DNA of 64,000 nt, taken from contig CM102286.1 in NCBI GenBank assembly GCA_046563655.1, positions 12,028,001-12,092,000 on the forward strand, written 5' to 3'. A model generated the notes under the pieces. That model did not search any database, had not been told where the DNA came from, and saw nothing but the letters and a program-made list of their open reading frames with translations. Shown in pieces: positions 26,985-38,900 of the stretch (within the stretch, counting starts at the first letter, position 1; the number at the start of each line of letters is the position of its first letter). Source of the stretch: Yuukianura sp. NJ FZ-2021. Taxonomy: Eukaryota. The position numbers and the translations under genes were made by a program.

Positions 26985-27866
26985 CAGGAAATAGACGCCG
27001 AAAGGCATGACAGCAGCAGCTACAAGAAGATCTGCCACGGCCAAGCTTACAATGAAGTAGTTAGTGACGTTTTGAAGCGATCGTTCCCGCTTAACGCTGA
27101 GTATCACCAGTACATTTCCGAAAACTGTAAAAAGCGGGAAGACGAGGAGCAGTAGAGCCCAGTAGTTCTTGGCTGTCACTCCTCCGCCAAGGTCAGGTTC
27201 GGTACAGTTAGTAAAGTTATCATAGGTCGTTAGATTGTTGTCCAGGAAGTAGGAGCAGGTCTCATTGAGTGACTCATTAAGAGTAAGTGGGAGGCTAAAT
27301 GGATCTTGCTCTTGGACAAACCCACTCCCAAAGTTTTTGAACCAAGAGGCAATTCCAGAAACATCTACAAATTGTGCCTCTGTAGTACTGGAGGATGAAA
27401 AAGTACTGGAGGTTGAGTATGTAGCAGCAGAAGTGGATTGGTTTCCAGTGGTTACATTCTGGATCAAATGTTTTAGGGAATCGAATGTCGTTGAATAAGT
27501 CGAAACTGGAGATTCCGAAACTTCTGGCGGTGAAGAAGACAAAGTTGAACTAAAGTTGGAAAAGAATGTGGCCGTAACCGAGGAGACAGTTGTGTTTGAC
27601 TCGAGGTCGTCAGTGACAATAGTTGTTGACATGTCCATGTCACCGTCACTGTAGTTTTGGGTAGTTGATACATAATGGTCGTAAGTCGCTGAAACGGTAG
27701 TCGTCATTGATGTTCTGATTGGTTGGAAACGGTCAAACAAGCTTCCAGTAGACGTCGCTTGTTCAGTTGTGTAACTGCCACTGTCAACTGTGTTCTGCAT
27801 CAGTTCCAGCGATGACGCCAGCAGTCCGTTGTCTGTCGTAGATTCCATTAAGTTTTTAGTAGTCAT
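26985..27866 (-). CDS. Dop2R: Dopamine D2-like receptor (class A aminergic GPCR), first coding exon: long N-terminus, TM1, TM2
   Basis: [62 protein letters not shown] matches the D2-like TM1-TM2 signature (GNx[19 protein letters not shown]); phase-0 donor CTG|GTAAG at 26985/26984; in-frame stop upstream of ATG 27866. Subtype call from recalled motifs. Confidence 0.85.
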
Positions 27867-30537
27867 GAACTGCTTCGACGCTGCTGTTTTAACATACTTT
27901 GAAGTCCTATTTTGGCAACCCTTGTTCTAAACACTACCACTTGCGTTGTAGTTACAACAATGTTGATAGGAACTCAGCGGGAGGTGAAGTTTAGTGGCCA
28001 ATAGAATTGCACGACGACAGTTTCCATAAAGTCATGTCTTCCGCAAGCCAAAAACTTGGCAGAAAGAAGGCTCTCTTCGCCCGTCCATCTCTATGAATGT
28101 CACTCTGCTGCTGTTTCTGTTTACTTTTCTGGAGTGTTTCCGTGTAGTTAAGGACAGGCGAAGTCTTGTTCCCTTCCGCAGCTCCGCTGAGATTTTTCTT
28201 CTTTCAAAAAAGTTGGAGAAAGTTTTGAGCGGGAAAGTCTGAAAAGAACGTTAGACGTTAGAAAATGAAAGCAAGAGAATGTCAGAAGAAGGATTTTGAT
28301 TACATAGAGTGCTGGGTCAGAGGGCATAGAAGAAAAGTTGAACAAATTCAACTTTCTTTTCCAACTTTTCCAAATCTAAAAGTACGAGTGTTTACATAAA
28401 TAAAAGGCGTCATGGGCTTTTCCAGCAGGAGTTAGAGACAAAATGTGACTGACAATCTCTAGGCGCATACTAATTTTCTAAAGACGCTACAACGAAGAAG
28501 AGGATGGTCCTGAAGCAACATGAGACAACCATCTTAATTTCCGTCTTCCATTTGTCTATGGGTCGAAACTACAACTTCCGCTCCTTCCAGGCCTGTCGTT
28601 TCTTCCAGCGCAAAAGCTAATTGTGCACTCTCGGAAGGCGGAAATCCTTATCAAAAACGCTTTGGACATTGCCGCTCCTTTTCTTGTTTTCAAAAACGGC
28701 ACGAGGAGGAGGTCACATCCGCATTTCAAGCCTCATTCCAATGAATTACCCTTACAAATGTTTAAAATGTTTAAAGAAGACGTTAGCAAAAGAATAGCAA
28801 AAAGAATTCGTTTTCGTAAAGATTTCTTTTTAAATGCTTTAGTTTTAGACAAATCGAAAATGCAAAACCAAAACTTACAACTCTTCAGCATGTTTTCAAA
28901 TTTTTTTAATCTTTCGGAAAATGGTTTGGAGAGTTTCAACTTTTTCAAATTGGTTTGAGTTTTTGACTTTTGGTTAAAAAATGATGTACAAAATTAACTT
29001 CAAAACAATGACTGCTTTTGTAAGTTGGAAACTGGCAATTTTTTGAAACAGTTTCATTGTTACAACATTTTTTTTCACAGAAAGTTCGTATGATTTTAGA
29101 ATGAGAAATCGCAATAGCCTACACTCACTTCGAAGCAGCCGGTACATGTAATTTCAGTTGAAAGGAATATAAAATCCAGTTGGATTTAAGCATATTGGGC
29201 TCCCATTCATAAGAAGAAAAAAAACGAAATTTTTGTTCAAAATTCAAAAAATAAAATGCCCGAAAACGTCTTGTGCAGCCTGAGAGATCGATTTTCTTTT
29301 TTGGTGGTGTGGTAGTGATCTCATTGTTTAAACAAAAGGCTTTCAGCACTACACTCTTCTTTCTGTTCTTGTGTTGAAGACGATGGAGTCTGAATAAATC
29401 CATAACTTTTCTCACAATTTTTTTCTTCCAAAATTATGCACTTTCGTTCTTGACATGACATTTTCTTCTGCTATTTATGCAGAAGGAAATGGAGGCTCAA
29501 TTGAGCTTTTTCGAAACCACTTCCAACATAACTACGATTTGGAATTGTAAGGAGAATGATTCTCATATTAGGCACAGATTAGCATTTGGCTTCAATTTTC
29601 TCGGCAATTTAAAACCACTTCTAGAAAAAAAATGGAATAATGAAAACCGATGCACGCTTCGTTTTTTGTTTTGGAAAAATTCAATACTAGTTATCACAAA
29701 ATTGGCTGGTGATGGACAAGTAATCGATTACTACTCAACGGTCACTGTCATTGGTGTGATATGAAAAAGCATAATAGGAAGGTCATGTCATTTGATTTCA
29801 CTTTAATAAGGAACAAAAGCAGCAGCAGTAGAGAACGTTGGAGAGAAAGTTAAATAGGACTTGAATAATATAGAAGCGAATTGAGTGGGCACACTTATGC
29901 CAAAATGTTATGGAGAAAACTGACAGGACGAAGATGGATGGATTTTTTTTCAAATCCAACCGAGAAATATAACTTTTTTTTTCTTCCATATGTATTTTTT
30001 TCCAAACTGTGTAGAAGGAAATAAAAAACGTGTCGAAAAATTGTGCACTATTTTTTTGTACATACTAATATGATGTAACGTATCAGTTTTTAGAAAATAG
30101 TAACGTCAGTTTTTGGAGAATGGTAAGAAAATTGACCTAAAAGAACCTCATTGCTTGTAGTTAAATATTTTCAAAATCTTATTTTTTCAACTAAACATGG
30201 ACGAAACTTTACGAATTTCGTAAAACTATCGTTCATTTTCTATGCATATTTTTTTAACTCATCGGTTGGAAATTCACAAAAAAAGACGACCATATTTTTA
30301 ACGAACTGAAAATACTTTAGACTAGCCAAACTTAAAATATTCTGCGCATTTTAATTAAGTTTATCAATTAAATTGATTAAGTCGCCAGGAATTAATTTCA
30401 CACATTGAAATGTATTAAGTCTAACATTTTATGTGGAAAATCTAACTAAATTAATATTAACTGGTCGACTGTTAATTACCTATTAACTTAGCTTAACCTC
30501 GACGTAGCGTCCACTTGAAATCTATGAAGCAACACCT

Positions 30538-30545
30538 TATAAATA
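30538..30545 (+). promoter_or_regulatory. TATA box of peptide gene 1 (equivalents at 31861, 33196, 34194, 35526)
   Basis: TATAAATA about 80 bp upstream of each ATG; TCAGT initiator about 29 bp downstream in copies 2-5. Confidence 0.85.
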
Positions 30546-30615
30546 CTTTAAGTCTAACTAAACTTAAGCAAGAAGAAAACAAAACTAACCAAACCGGTAT
30601 TACAAAACTTTGACA

Positions 30616-30947
30616 ATGAAGTCGTTGTTTATCATCGCTGGGATTGCGGCGATCGTTGCCTTTATGCATGTCGCCGAGTCGGAAGGTTAGTGAGGCAAAA
30701 AAGAAATTCCAAAATTTCTCCCATATAATGCTTTAGTATGTTCCAAATAAAAGTTCAATAAGTTTTATATGATTCTCAACAACTCTATTCATTAGGCGCC
30801 TGCCCTCAGATTGACAGGACCGTACCGTACATGTGTACAAAGGAATTCCAGCTTTACCATTGCAACAATAAAGCCGAATTGGCTTGCAGTGCCAACGAGG
30901 AGTGCTGTCAAGACCAATGTTATAAGTACCGGTGCTACCCCAACTAA
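30616..30947 (+). CDS. Secreted 8-Cys WAP/crustin-like peptide, copy 1 (73 aa); exons 30616-30685, 30796-30947
   Basis: MKSLFIIAGIAAIVAFMHVAESEG-ACPQIDRTVPYMCTKEFQLYHCNNKAELACSANEECCQDQCYKYRCYPN; signal-peptide-like exon 1, phase-1 GT-AG intron, AATAAA downstream. Confidence 0.9.
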
Positions 30948-31944
30948 ACCAACCAAAACAAAATATGCTATATCTGCATGCAAAAATTCTAATAAAATGT
31001 TGAAGAAAAATTAACTTCTCTACGAGAATAAGTGAAGCTGTGTCCACGTTTAAGTTGTCTTTACCGTAAAAGAGTTTGATGAAATTAACGTAGGTTAACC
31101 AATATGCACTGAATTTGCGAAACATAATGTGACCCCCTACAGTGAAAGCCGTGAAACATATCGGAATATTCCGTTGTTAGAAAAAGGAAAAGTAAAATTG
31201 CAGGAGGATTTGTTTACTTTTTGAATTTCAATTCTCATAAATAACAGCAAAGAGAAATTGCAATTTCAAAAGTCAGTGAAATTATTCAGTTCATCAACCA
31301 AAAGTTCACGTATATGCAAAATTCCAAATTCCAAAAATCCTAAAGGTGGTACTGGTGCAACGTAAAAACCCGAAAGAATACGCATGTTCAATGTAAAAGC
31401 CCGTCAAGTGAGTGCAATTTAAAAACCCGGAAGGTGGTAATTATATAATCTAGAAAATATAATATTGTTAACACAACGTATGGGCACAGAAATTAACACG
31501 ATGAAAATGCGGATTGTGCACAATTGTTTTTGAAATTCAACACATTGGTAGAGAAATTCAGAAAAAAAAGTTCGCCCAAATATTTTTAAAAACTGAAAGT
31601 GTTGCAAGAGGTATGATGAAGTTAGACAAGTTGCCAAACTTAAAACATTCTGTATAGTTTAATAAAGCTAGTCAATTTAATTGATTAAACTGCTTTGGAA
31701 TTGATTTTGCACTATGGCAAATTATGTGCACGTGCTGATTTCAACGTATTTGTCTAGTAAACCTAACCTAATTAATAGTATATGATCTACTGTTAATTGC
31801 CTATTAACTTTTAGCTTAACCTCAACATTGCATCCACTTTAAATCTATGAAGCAGCACGGTATAAATATTTTAAGTCTAACTATTCTTCAGTAAAAAGAA
31901 AATAAAACTACCTAACCAAACCGCGGTATTGCAAAACTTTGACA

Positions 31945-32278
31945 ATGAAGTCGTTGTATCTCATCGTTGGAATTACGGCGGTCGTTGCTTTTATGCACGT
32001 TACCGAATCGGAAGGTTAGTGAGCCAAAAAAAAATTGCATTTCTTCCGCATAATACTTTAGTTTCATTGTTCAAAGTAGAATAAAAGTTGAATAACTTTT
32101 AAATGACTAACGATTTTATTCATTAGGCGCTTGCCCTCAGTTTGACACTGGCACTCGACGAATTTGTACAAAGGATTTCCAGCGTTACCATTGCAACAAT
32201 AAAGCCGAATTGGCTTGCAGGGATAACGAGCAGTGCTGTCCAGATCGATGCAACAAGTTACGATGCTACCGCAACTAA
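31945..32278 (+). CDS. Secreted 8-Cys WAP/crustin-like peptide, copy 2 (73 aa); exons 31945-32014, 32127-32278
   Basis: MKSLYLIVGITAVVAFMHVTESEG-ACPQFDTGTRRICTKDFQRYHCNNKAELACRDNEQCCPDRCNKLRCYRN; same exon structure. Confidence 0.9.
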
Positions 32279-33277
32279 ACCAACCAAAACAAAATATGTT
32301 ATATCTGTATATAATCAAAAATTCTAATAAAATTAATGAATTCGTGAAAAATTTAACTGTTCTTCGAGAAAAAGTGAAGCTTTTTCTACATTTAAATTGT
32401 GTTTACCGTAAAAGAGTTTGATAAAATTAACATAAGTTAGCTAATGCACTAAATTTGCCAAACATAATGCGACCCTTACAGTGAAAGCCGTGAGGCATAT
32501 CAGAATATTCCGTTGTTAGAAGAGAAATGTAAAATTACAGGAGGATCTTTTTACCTTTGGAATTTTCAATTCCCATAAATAACAGCAAAGAAAAATTGCA
32601 ATTTCAAAAATTATTCAGTCCCTCAACCAAAAGTTCAAGTATGCAACCCAAAACCCCTAAGGTGGTACTGGTGCAACGGAAAAACCCGAAAGATAGTGCA
32701 TGCTCAATGTAATAACCTAACCTGTCAATTGGCATTTGTGAAATTTAAAATCTCAGAAGGCAACAACTATGCAATTTAAAAAACTTAATATTGTTAACAT
32801 ATGGTCCCAGGAATTAACACGACGAAAATGCGGACTGTGCAGAATTGTTTTTGAAATTCACCACATCGGTCGGAAAATTCAATAAAAAAGAGTTTGTCCG
32901 AATATTTTTAAAAACTTAAGGTGTTGCAAGAGCTGCGATGAAGTTAGACAAGTTGCCAAACTTAAAACATTCTGCGCATTTTAATTAAGCTACTCAATTG
33001 AATTGACTGAACCGCTTGGTAATTGATTTCGCACAATGGCCGATTATTGGCATGGGCTGATTTCAATGCATTTCTGTAGTAAACCTAACTAATTAATAGT
33101 GATCTGCTGTTAATTGCCTATTAACCTAGATTAACTTCAACACATTGCATTGCAACTGAACATTGCATCTACTTGAAATATATGAAGCAACACCGTATAA
33201 ATACTTTAAGTCTAACTGACCTTCAGTAAGAAGAAAATCAAACTGCCAAATCAGAGCAAAATTACAAAACTTTGACA

Positions 33278-33623
33278 ATGAAGTCGCGTTTTTTCATCTT
33301 CGGAATTGCGGTGATCGTTGCCTGTTTGCACGTTGCAGAGTTGGAAGGTTAGTGAGCCAAAAAAATAGATTGAAAAATTTCTTCCGTATTATACTTTAGT
33401 ATCATTGTTCAAAATAAAAGTTCAATAACTTTTACATGATTCCTAAAAACTTTGTTCATTAGGCGCCTGCCCTGAGTATGACAGAAAAATGCCGCGCATG
33501 TGTACGGTGGATTCGCAGGTTTACAATTGCAACAATAAAGCGGAATTGGCATGCATTGCCAACGAGGAGTGCTGTTACGATGAATGCTACAAGTACCGGT
33601 GTTTCCCCAGTTACCCCAACTAA
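33278..33623 (+). CDS. Secreted 8-Cys WAP/crustin-like peptide, copy 3 (76 aa); exons 33278-33347, 33463-33623
   Basis: MKSRFFIFGIAVIVACLHVAELEG-ACPEYDRKMPRMCTVDSQVYNCNNKAELACIANEECCYDECYKYRCFPSYPN; same exon structure, 3-residue C-terminal extension. Confidence 0.9.
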
Positions 33624-34281
33624 ACTAAATAAAATATGCTATATTTGAATACAGATCAAAAATTCTATTAAAACGTTGATGAAAAATTAACTTCTCTACG
33701 AGAATAAGTGAAGCTTTTTCCACGTTTAAGTTGTCTTTACCCTACAAGAGTTTGATGAAATTAACATAGGTTAACTAATATGCACTGAATTTGCCAAACA
33801 TAATGTGACCCCTACAATGAAAGCCGTGAGACATATCGGAATATTCCGTTTTTAAAAAAAGGAAAAGGAAAATTGCAGGAGGATATCTTTACCTTTTGAA
33901 TTTCAATTCTGAAAAAACTGAAAGTGTTATATTGCAAGAGGTATGATGAAGTTAGACACGTTGCCAAATTTAAAACATCCTATGTAGTTAAATAAAGCTA
34001 GTAGTCAATTTAATTGATTAAATTGCTTTGGAATTGATTTTGCACGATGGCAAATTATGTGCACATGCTGATTTCAACGTATTTTTGTTGTAAATCAAAC
34101 CTAATTAATAGTATATGCTCTACTGTTAATTGCCTATTTACTTTTAGCTTAACCTCAACATTGCATCCACTTTAAATCTATGAAGCAACACCGTATAAAT
34201 ACTTTAAGTTTACCTAATTGTAAGTTTCAGTAAGAAGAAGTTAAAACTACCTAATCAAAGCGGTATTACAAAACTGTGACA

Positions 34282-34612
34282 ATGAAGTCGATATTTTTCA
34301 TCGTTGGGGTAGTGGCGATCGTTGCCTTTATGCACATTGCCGAATCGGAACGTTAGTGAGCCAAAAAAATGCATTTCTTCCGCATAATACTTTAGTTTCA
34401 TTGTTCAAAGTAAAATAAAAGTTAAATAACTTTTACATGATTAACGATTTTATTCATTAGGCGCTTGCCCTCAGTTTGACACAGGCACGCCGCGCATTTG
34501 TACGAAGGATTTCCAGCGTTACCATTGCAACAATAAAGCCGAATTGGCTTGCAGTGATAACGAGCAGTGCTGTCCAGATCGGTGCAACAAGTTCCGATGC
34601 TACCGCAACTAA
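34282..34612 (+). CDS. Secreted 8-Cys WAP/crustin-like peptide, copy 4 (73 aa); exons 34282-34351, 34461-34612
   Basis: MKSIFFIVGVVAIVAFMHIAESER-ACPQFDTGTPRICTKDFQRYHCNNKAELACSDNEQCCPDRCNKFRCYRN; same exon structure. Confidence 0.9.
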
Positions 34613-35607
34613 ATCAATCAAAACAAAATATGCTATATCTGTATATGATCAAAAATTCTAATAAAATGATGACTTCGTAAAAAAATTAACTGTTCTACTA
34701 GAAAAAGTGAAGCTTTTTCTACATTTAAATTGTCTCTAACGCAAAAGAGTTTGATGAAATTAACATAAGTTAACTAATGTGCACTGAATTTAAAAAAAAA
34801 CATAATGTGACCCCTACAGTGAAAGCCGTGAGACATATCGGAATATTCCGTTGTTAGAAAAAGGAAAAGTAAACGTACAGGAGGATCTTTTTACTTTTGG
34901 AATTTTCAATTCTCATAAATAACAGCAAAGAAAAATTGCAATTTCAAAAATTAGTGAAATTAATCAGTCCATCAAACAAAAGTTCAAGTTACAACCCAAA
35001 AACCCTAAAAGCGGTACTGGTGCAAAGTAAAAACCCGAAAGATAGTTCGTGTTCAATGTAAAAACCTGTCCATTGGCATTTGTGTAATTTAAAAACCCAG
35101 AAAGCAATAACTATGTAATTTGAAAAATTTAATATTGTTAACGTATGGACCCAGGAATTAACACGATAAAAATGCGGACTGCGCACAATTGTTTTTGAAA
35201 TTCAACATATCGCATCGTTCGGAAAATTCAATAAAAAAAAGTTCGCCCAAATATTTTTAAAAGTTAAATGTGTTGCAAGAGCTGTAATGAAGTTAGACAA
35301 GTTGCCAAACTTAAAACGTTCTGTGTATTTTAACTAAGCGAGTCAATTGAATTAATTAAACCGTTTTGGAATTGATTTCACACAATGGCAGATTTTTGGC
35401 ACGTGCTGATTTCAACGTGTTTCTGTAGTAAACCTAAGCTAATTAATAATGATCTACTGTTAATTGCCTATTAACTTAGCTTAACCTCGACATTGCATCA
35501 GCTTGAAATCTATAAAGCAACACCGTATAAATACTTTAACCGTAACTAACCTTCAGTAAGTAGAAAATAAAGCTACCAAATCAGAGCAATATTACAAAAC
35601 TTTGACA

Positions 35608-35939
35608 ATGAAGTCGCTTTTTTTCATATTCGGAATTGCTGTGATCGTTGCCTTTATGCACGCTGCCGAGTCGGAAGGTTAGTGAGCCAAAAAAATAAAT
35701 TGGAAAATTTCTTCTATAGTTTACGTTAGTATCATTGTTCAAAATAAAAATAACTTTTACATGATTCCTAAAAACTTTATTCATTAGGCGCCTGCCCTGA
35801 GTATGACAGAACCATACCGCGCATGTGCACGGCGGATTTCCAGGTTTACCATTGCAACAATAAAGCGGAATTGGCTTGCGGTGCCAACGAGCAGTGCTGT
35901 CAAAATGAATGCTACAAGTACCGGTGTTTCCCAAACTAA
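35608..35939 (+). CDS. Secreted 8-Cys WAP/crustin-like peptide, copy 5 (73 aa); exons 35608-35677, 35788-35939
   Basis: MKSLFFIFGIAVIVAFMHAAESEG-ACPEYDRTIPRMCTADFQVYHCNNKAELACGANEQCCQNECYKYRCFPN; same exon structure. Confidence 0.9.
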
Positions 35940-38900
35940 ACCAACCGAAACAAAATATACTATATTTGTACACAGATCAAAAATTCTATTAAAACGTTGA
36001 TGAATTCGTGAAAAAATTAACTGTTTTACAACAATAAGTGTAGATTTCTCCACGTTTATGTTAAGTCATTACCATGAAAAAGTGAGATTAAATTCACCTA
36101 GGTTAACTATAAAGCTCTGTATCATTTGCCAAACATAATGTGGCCCCAAAAGTGAAAGTCGAGAGACTTATTGCAACGTTCCATTGTTACAAACAGGAAA
36201 AGTGAAAGTGCATGAGGATCTACTTCCTTGTTGAATTTTGAATTCTCATAAATAACAGCATGGAGAAAGTGCACTTTCAAAAGTATAAAAGAAAATCAAT
36301 TTTCAAACCTTTCGCCAAAATTGAACAACATTTCAGTACTTTGTATTTTCAACTCGTTAAATTTGAAAGTATCCTGGCGCGTCAGGGTCTATACTGCGCT
36401 GTGTACAAGTTGCACTGTTAATGCAAATCTCAAACAAATCAAAAACTTCTCCTAACCTGTTTTTTGCACATTTCCTGCAACGTAATACGCATGTATTAAC
36501 TTTTTATAAATTCAATAATTGTAGCTCAAACGAAATAGAACAAATCAGCAACTTGGGTTTTTATGAAACATATGAGTAAGTTTAAAGAAATTTTTTTTAA
36601 TTGCACAAAAAAAAAACTGGTACTGGGTGAAATTCTAGAAAAGAACCGAAAACACCGAAGTAAGCTTGGTTACATATTGTTTGACTTTGTCAAAAATTAT
36701 CGACTGTCTGAGAAAAATCAGTTCTAAACATGATCCTTGATTGCGATTCTGTTCAAACAAAGTTTCAACTTGAAAAATTAGGTTGTCAAGAACCATTTAG
36801 GTTCCATCTTGAGCCTCGGCAATCTCGTAACAAATGAACCAATCAGCCTCCTACATAACATCTAAACTCTATGATCAATTTCCCTTTGCCTCACTTCACA
36901 TTATGTTCCAAGACATTCAACTTAAGGCATCAGTACACTTAAGTTTTGTGGTAGAAGCAGGAGGGTTTGAGCATAATGAATACGAGAATAGTACTATACT
37001 TTCCCCTTCACTGCTACTTACGACTACTTGACTTTCTGACTGAAAGCTACTTCAGATGTTAAATGGAACGAAAGGAAGAAAATGCTTTCCTGTTGCTAAT
37101 AAAAGTCTATTATATCCATAGTCTTTTTTCACTTCAACTTTGACATGAAACAAGTGGAAAGATTTTCTTTTCAAATACTAGGTTTGATTTAACAAACTTA
37201 TTTTGACTCTTCAAGAACAACACGACCCTCCCATCGTGCTCTTTTAAGTGTCGTTCTGTTCAAAAAATCATTTTTTTTAGATTTGCTTTTCTTTTAGTCT
37301 TTTAGACTTTCTTTCTTGAGCTTTCTTTGACTTGTTGGTTAAAGCACCCGAAGCAACCGAGTCTTTAGCCTTTGCTTTCTCCTTCTTTCGACACATCAAA
37401 AGCTTCTGAAAACATGAATTTAGAAAAGACGGCGCGACGACTAGAAGAGATGAAGACTAGACGCTGAATAGACTCGGACAAAAACCACTTTTCATGCATT
37501 TATGTCTCTGCTTTTCTTCAAAAGGAGATTTTCATGGTTTACTATCCATCTGTAGACGGATTTGGTTCAAATCTTGACAGATGTGTTAAAGGCTCAAATT
37601 CAGAGGCCATAACTCTTCTCCGAGAAGAACTCGTTCGAGTTTACGTTAGGCTAAAACCTTTAAGTTAGGTTTATGTTAGGCCAAAACCTTTAGGTTATGT
37701 CTCAGCTCTCAAAAAAAAAATTTGGCAAATGGATCCTTTGACTCTTGAAAAAAAAAAGCGGCGGACGTTTGTCGTTTCCAAGATTTGAAATGTTCGTGAA
37801 ATCTAGGAGAAAATGCGTGGACAGCCTTTTCTACTTTGTGTAAATCTTCCACCGCTGCAGTGGCAATGAAGGACATCACTCCCTAGGCTAGGTTAGGCCT
37901 AACTCAACCACGGAATAAAAAAAAAGACGAAAACCATTGGAAATTCAAAGAAGCGGAAGGAAGGAAGCTCCTCGCGCCGGACTTTCTCCTTGACGTTCAT
38001 GTCCAATAAATGTATTGTACGTGCCAAAGGCTTTTTTGAGACTTCAAAGTCACCCGACACAGTCCGTTTTTTCGCCACCAAATCTCCCGCATGTCATTTA
38101 TCATCGATAAAAAGAACATCAAAAAACAAACCGAACAGCTCCTCTCCACCGAATCGGCTTTTCCCGAATCAAGTTTCATCAAACTTGTAAAGTTTTCTTT
38201 GTATTCTCGCCTAGGCACGAATGATGTTCCTGCTTCCTTCCAATTTCAAAATAATTCAGTTATTTTCTTTTTGTGAAGTTCTTATTAAAGAAAACAGAAA
38301 ACATCTTAACAAAGTTCAAGAATGATAAATATTGACCCAAAGCTTTCATTAGAACAAGAGAAACCAAGAGAAACTTGAAGGGAGTACTTGATGCTAAAAT
38401 AAGTAAAAGTGGTGATTTTTAAATTTTTTTTTCTAAATTTGAAAATTCTTGTGAAGAAAATTTATCTAGTTTTGGTGGTAATACTTGGACAAGAATTTAA
38501 AATTTATTATTCATACTAGCCGCATGTTCTGACATGTCTTCCTGTACTGTTTCTTTCTACGGTTTCTTCTTATACTGTGTTATTAATAGGCATTGGGGAA
38601 AACGAGAGAGAAAGCAGCTTGAGAACAAACCACCTGTAGTAAACAGATTCTAAAAAAAAACTAGAGGAAGCCTAAAAAGCGGCATTTCCATTCCAAACCG
38701 AGCTGCATCCGGTTCATTTCTCACCCATTAAATTTTGACAAAATGGTGCCCCGTTTATTTAAATTATTTTCAAGCCTCCCCGCTTTTCGTATGTATGGCT
38801 TTGGTTGAACGTTTCAACATATTTTGTTTAAAAACTTTCTCTTTAAACAGAATTTTTAAAGAAATTATTATGTCGAATCGATTAAGAACGTGGAAATCTT

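Larger units (their letters stand above)
30250..36285. repeat. Tandem segmental array of five ~1.0-1.33 kb units, one peptide gene each
   Basis: Promoter, intron and 3' flank align among units; ATG-to-ATG spacing 1329, 1333, 1004, 1326 bp. Confidence 0.95.

Noticed and set aside
30733..36053. ORF-track ORFs over the peptide array (30733-31125 -, 30792-30983 -, 30811-31014 +, 32142-32327 +, 34476-34661 +, 35581-35973 -, 35803-36000 + and others)
   Set aside because: Antisense or wrong-frame shadows of exon 2; only the spliced Cys-rich frame has a conserved start, signal peptide, splice phase and stop.
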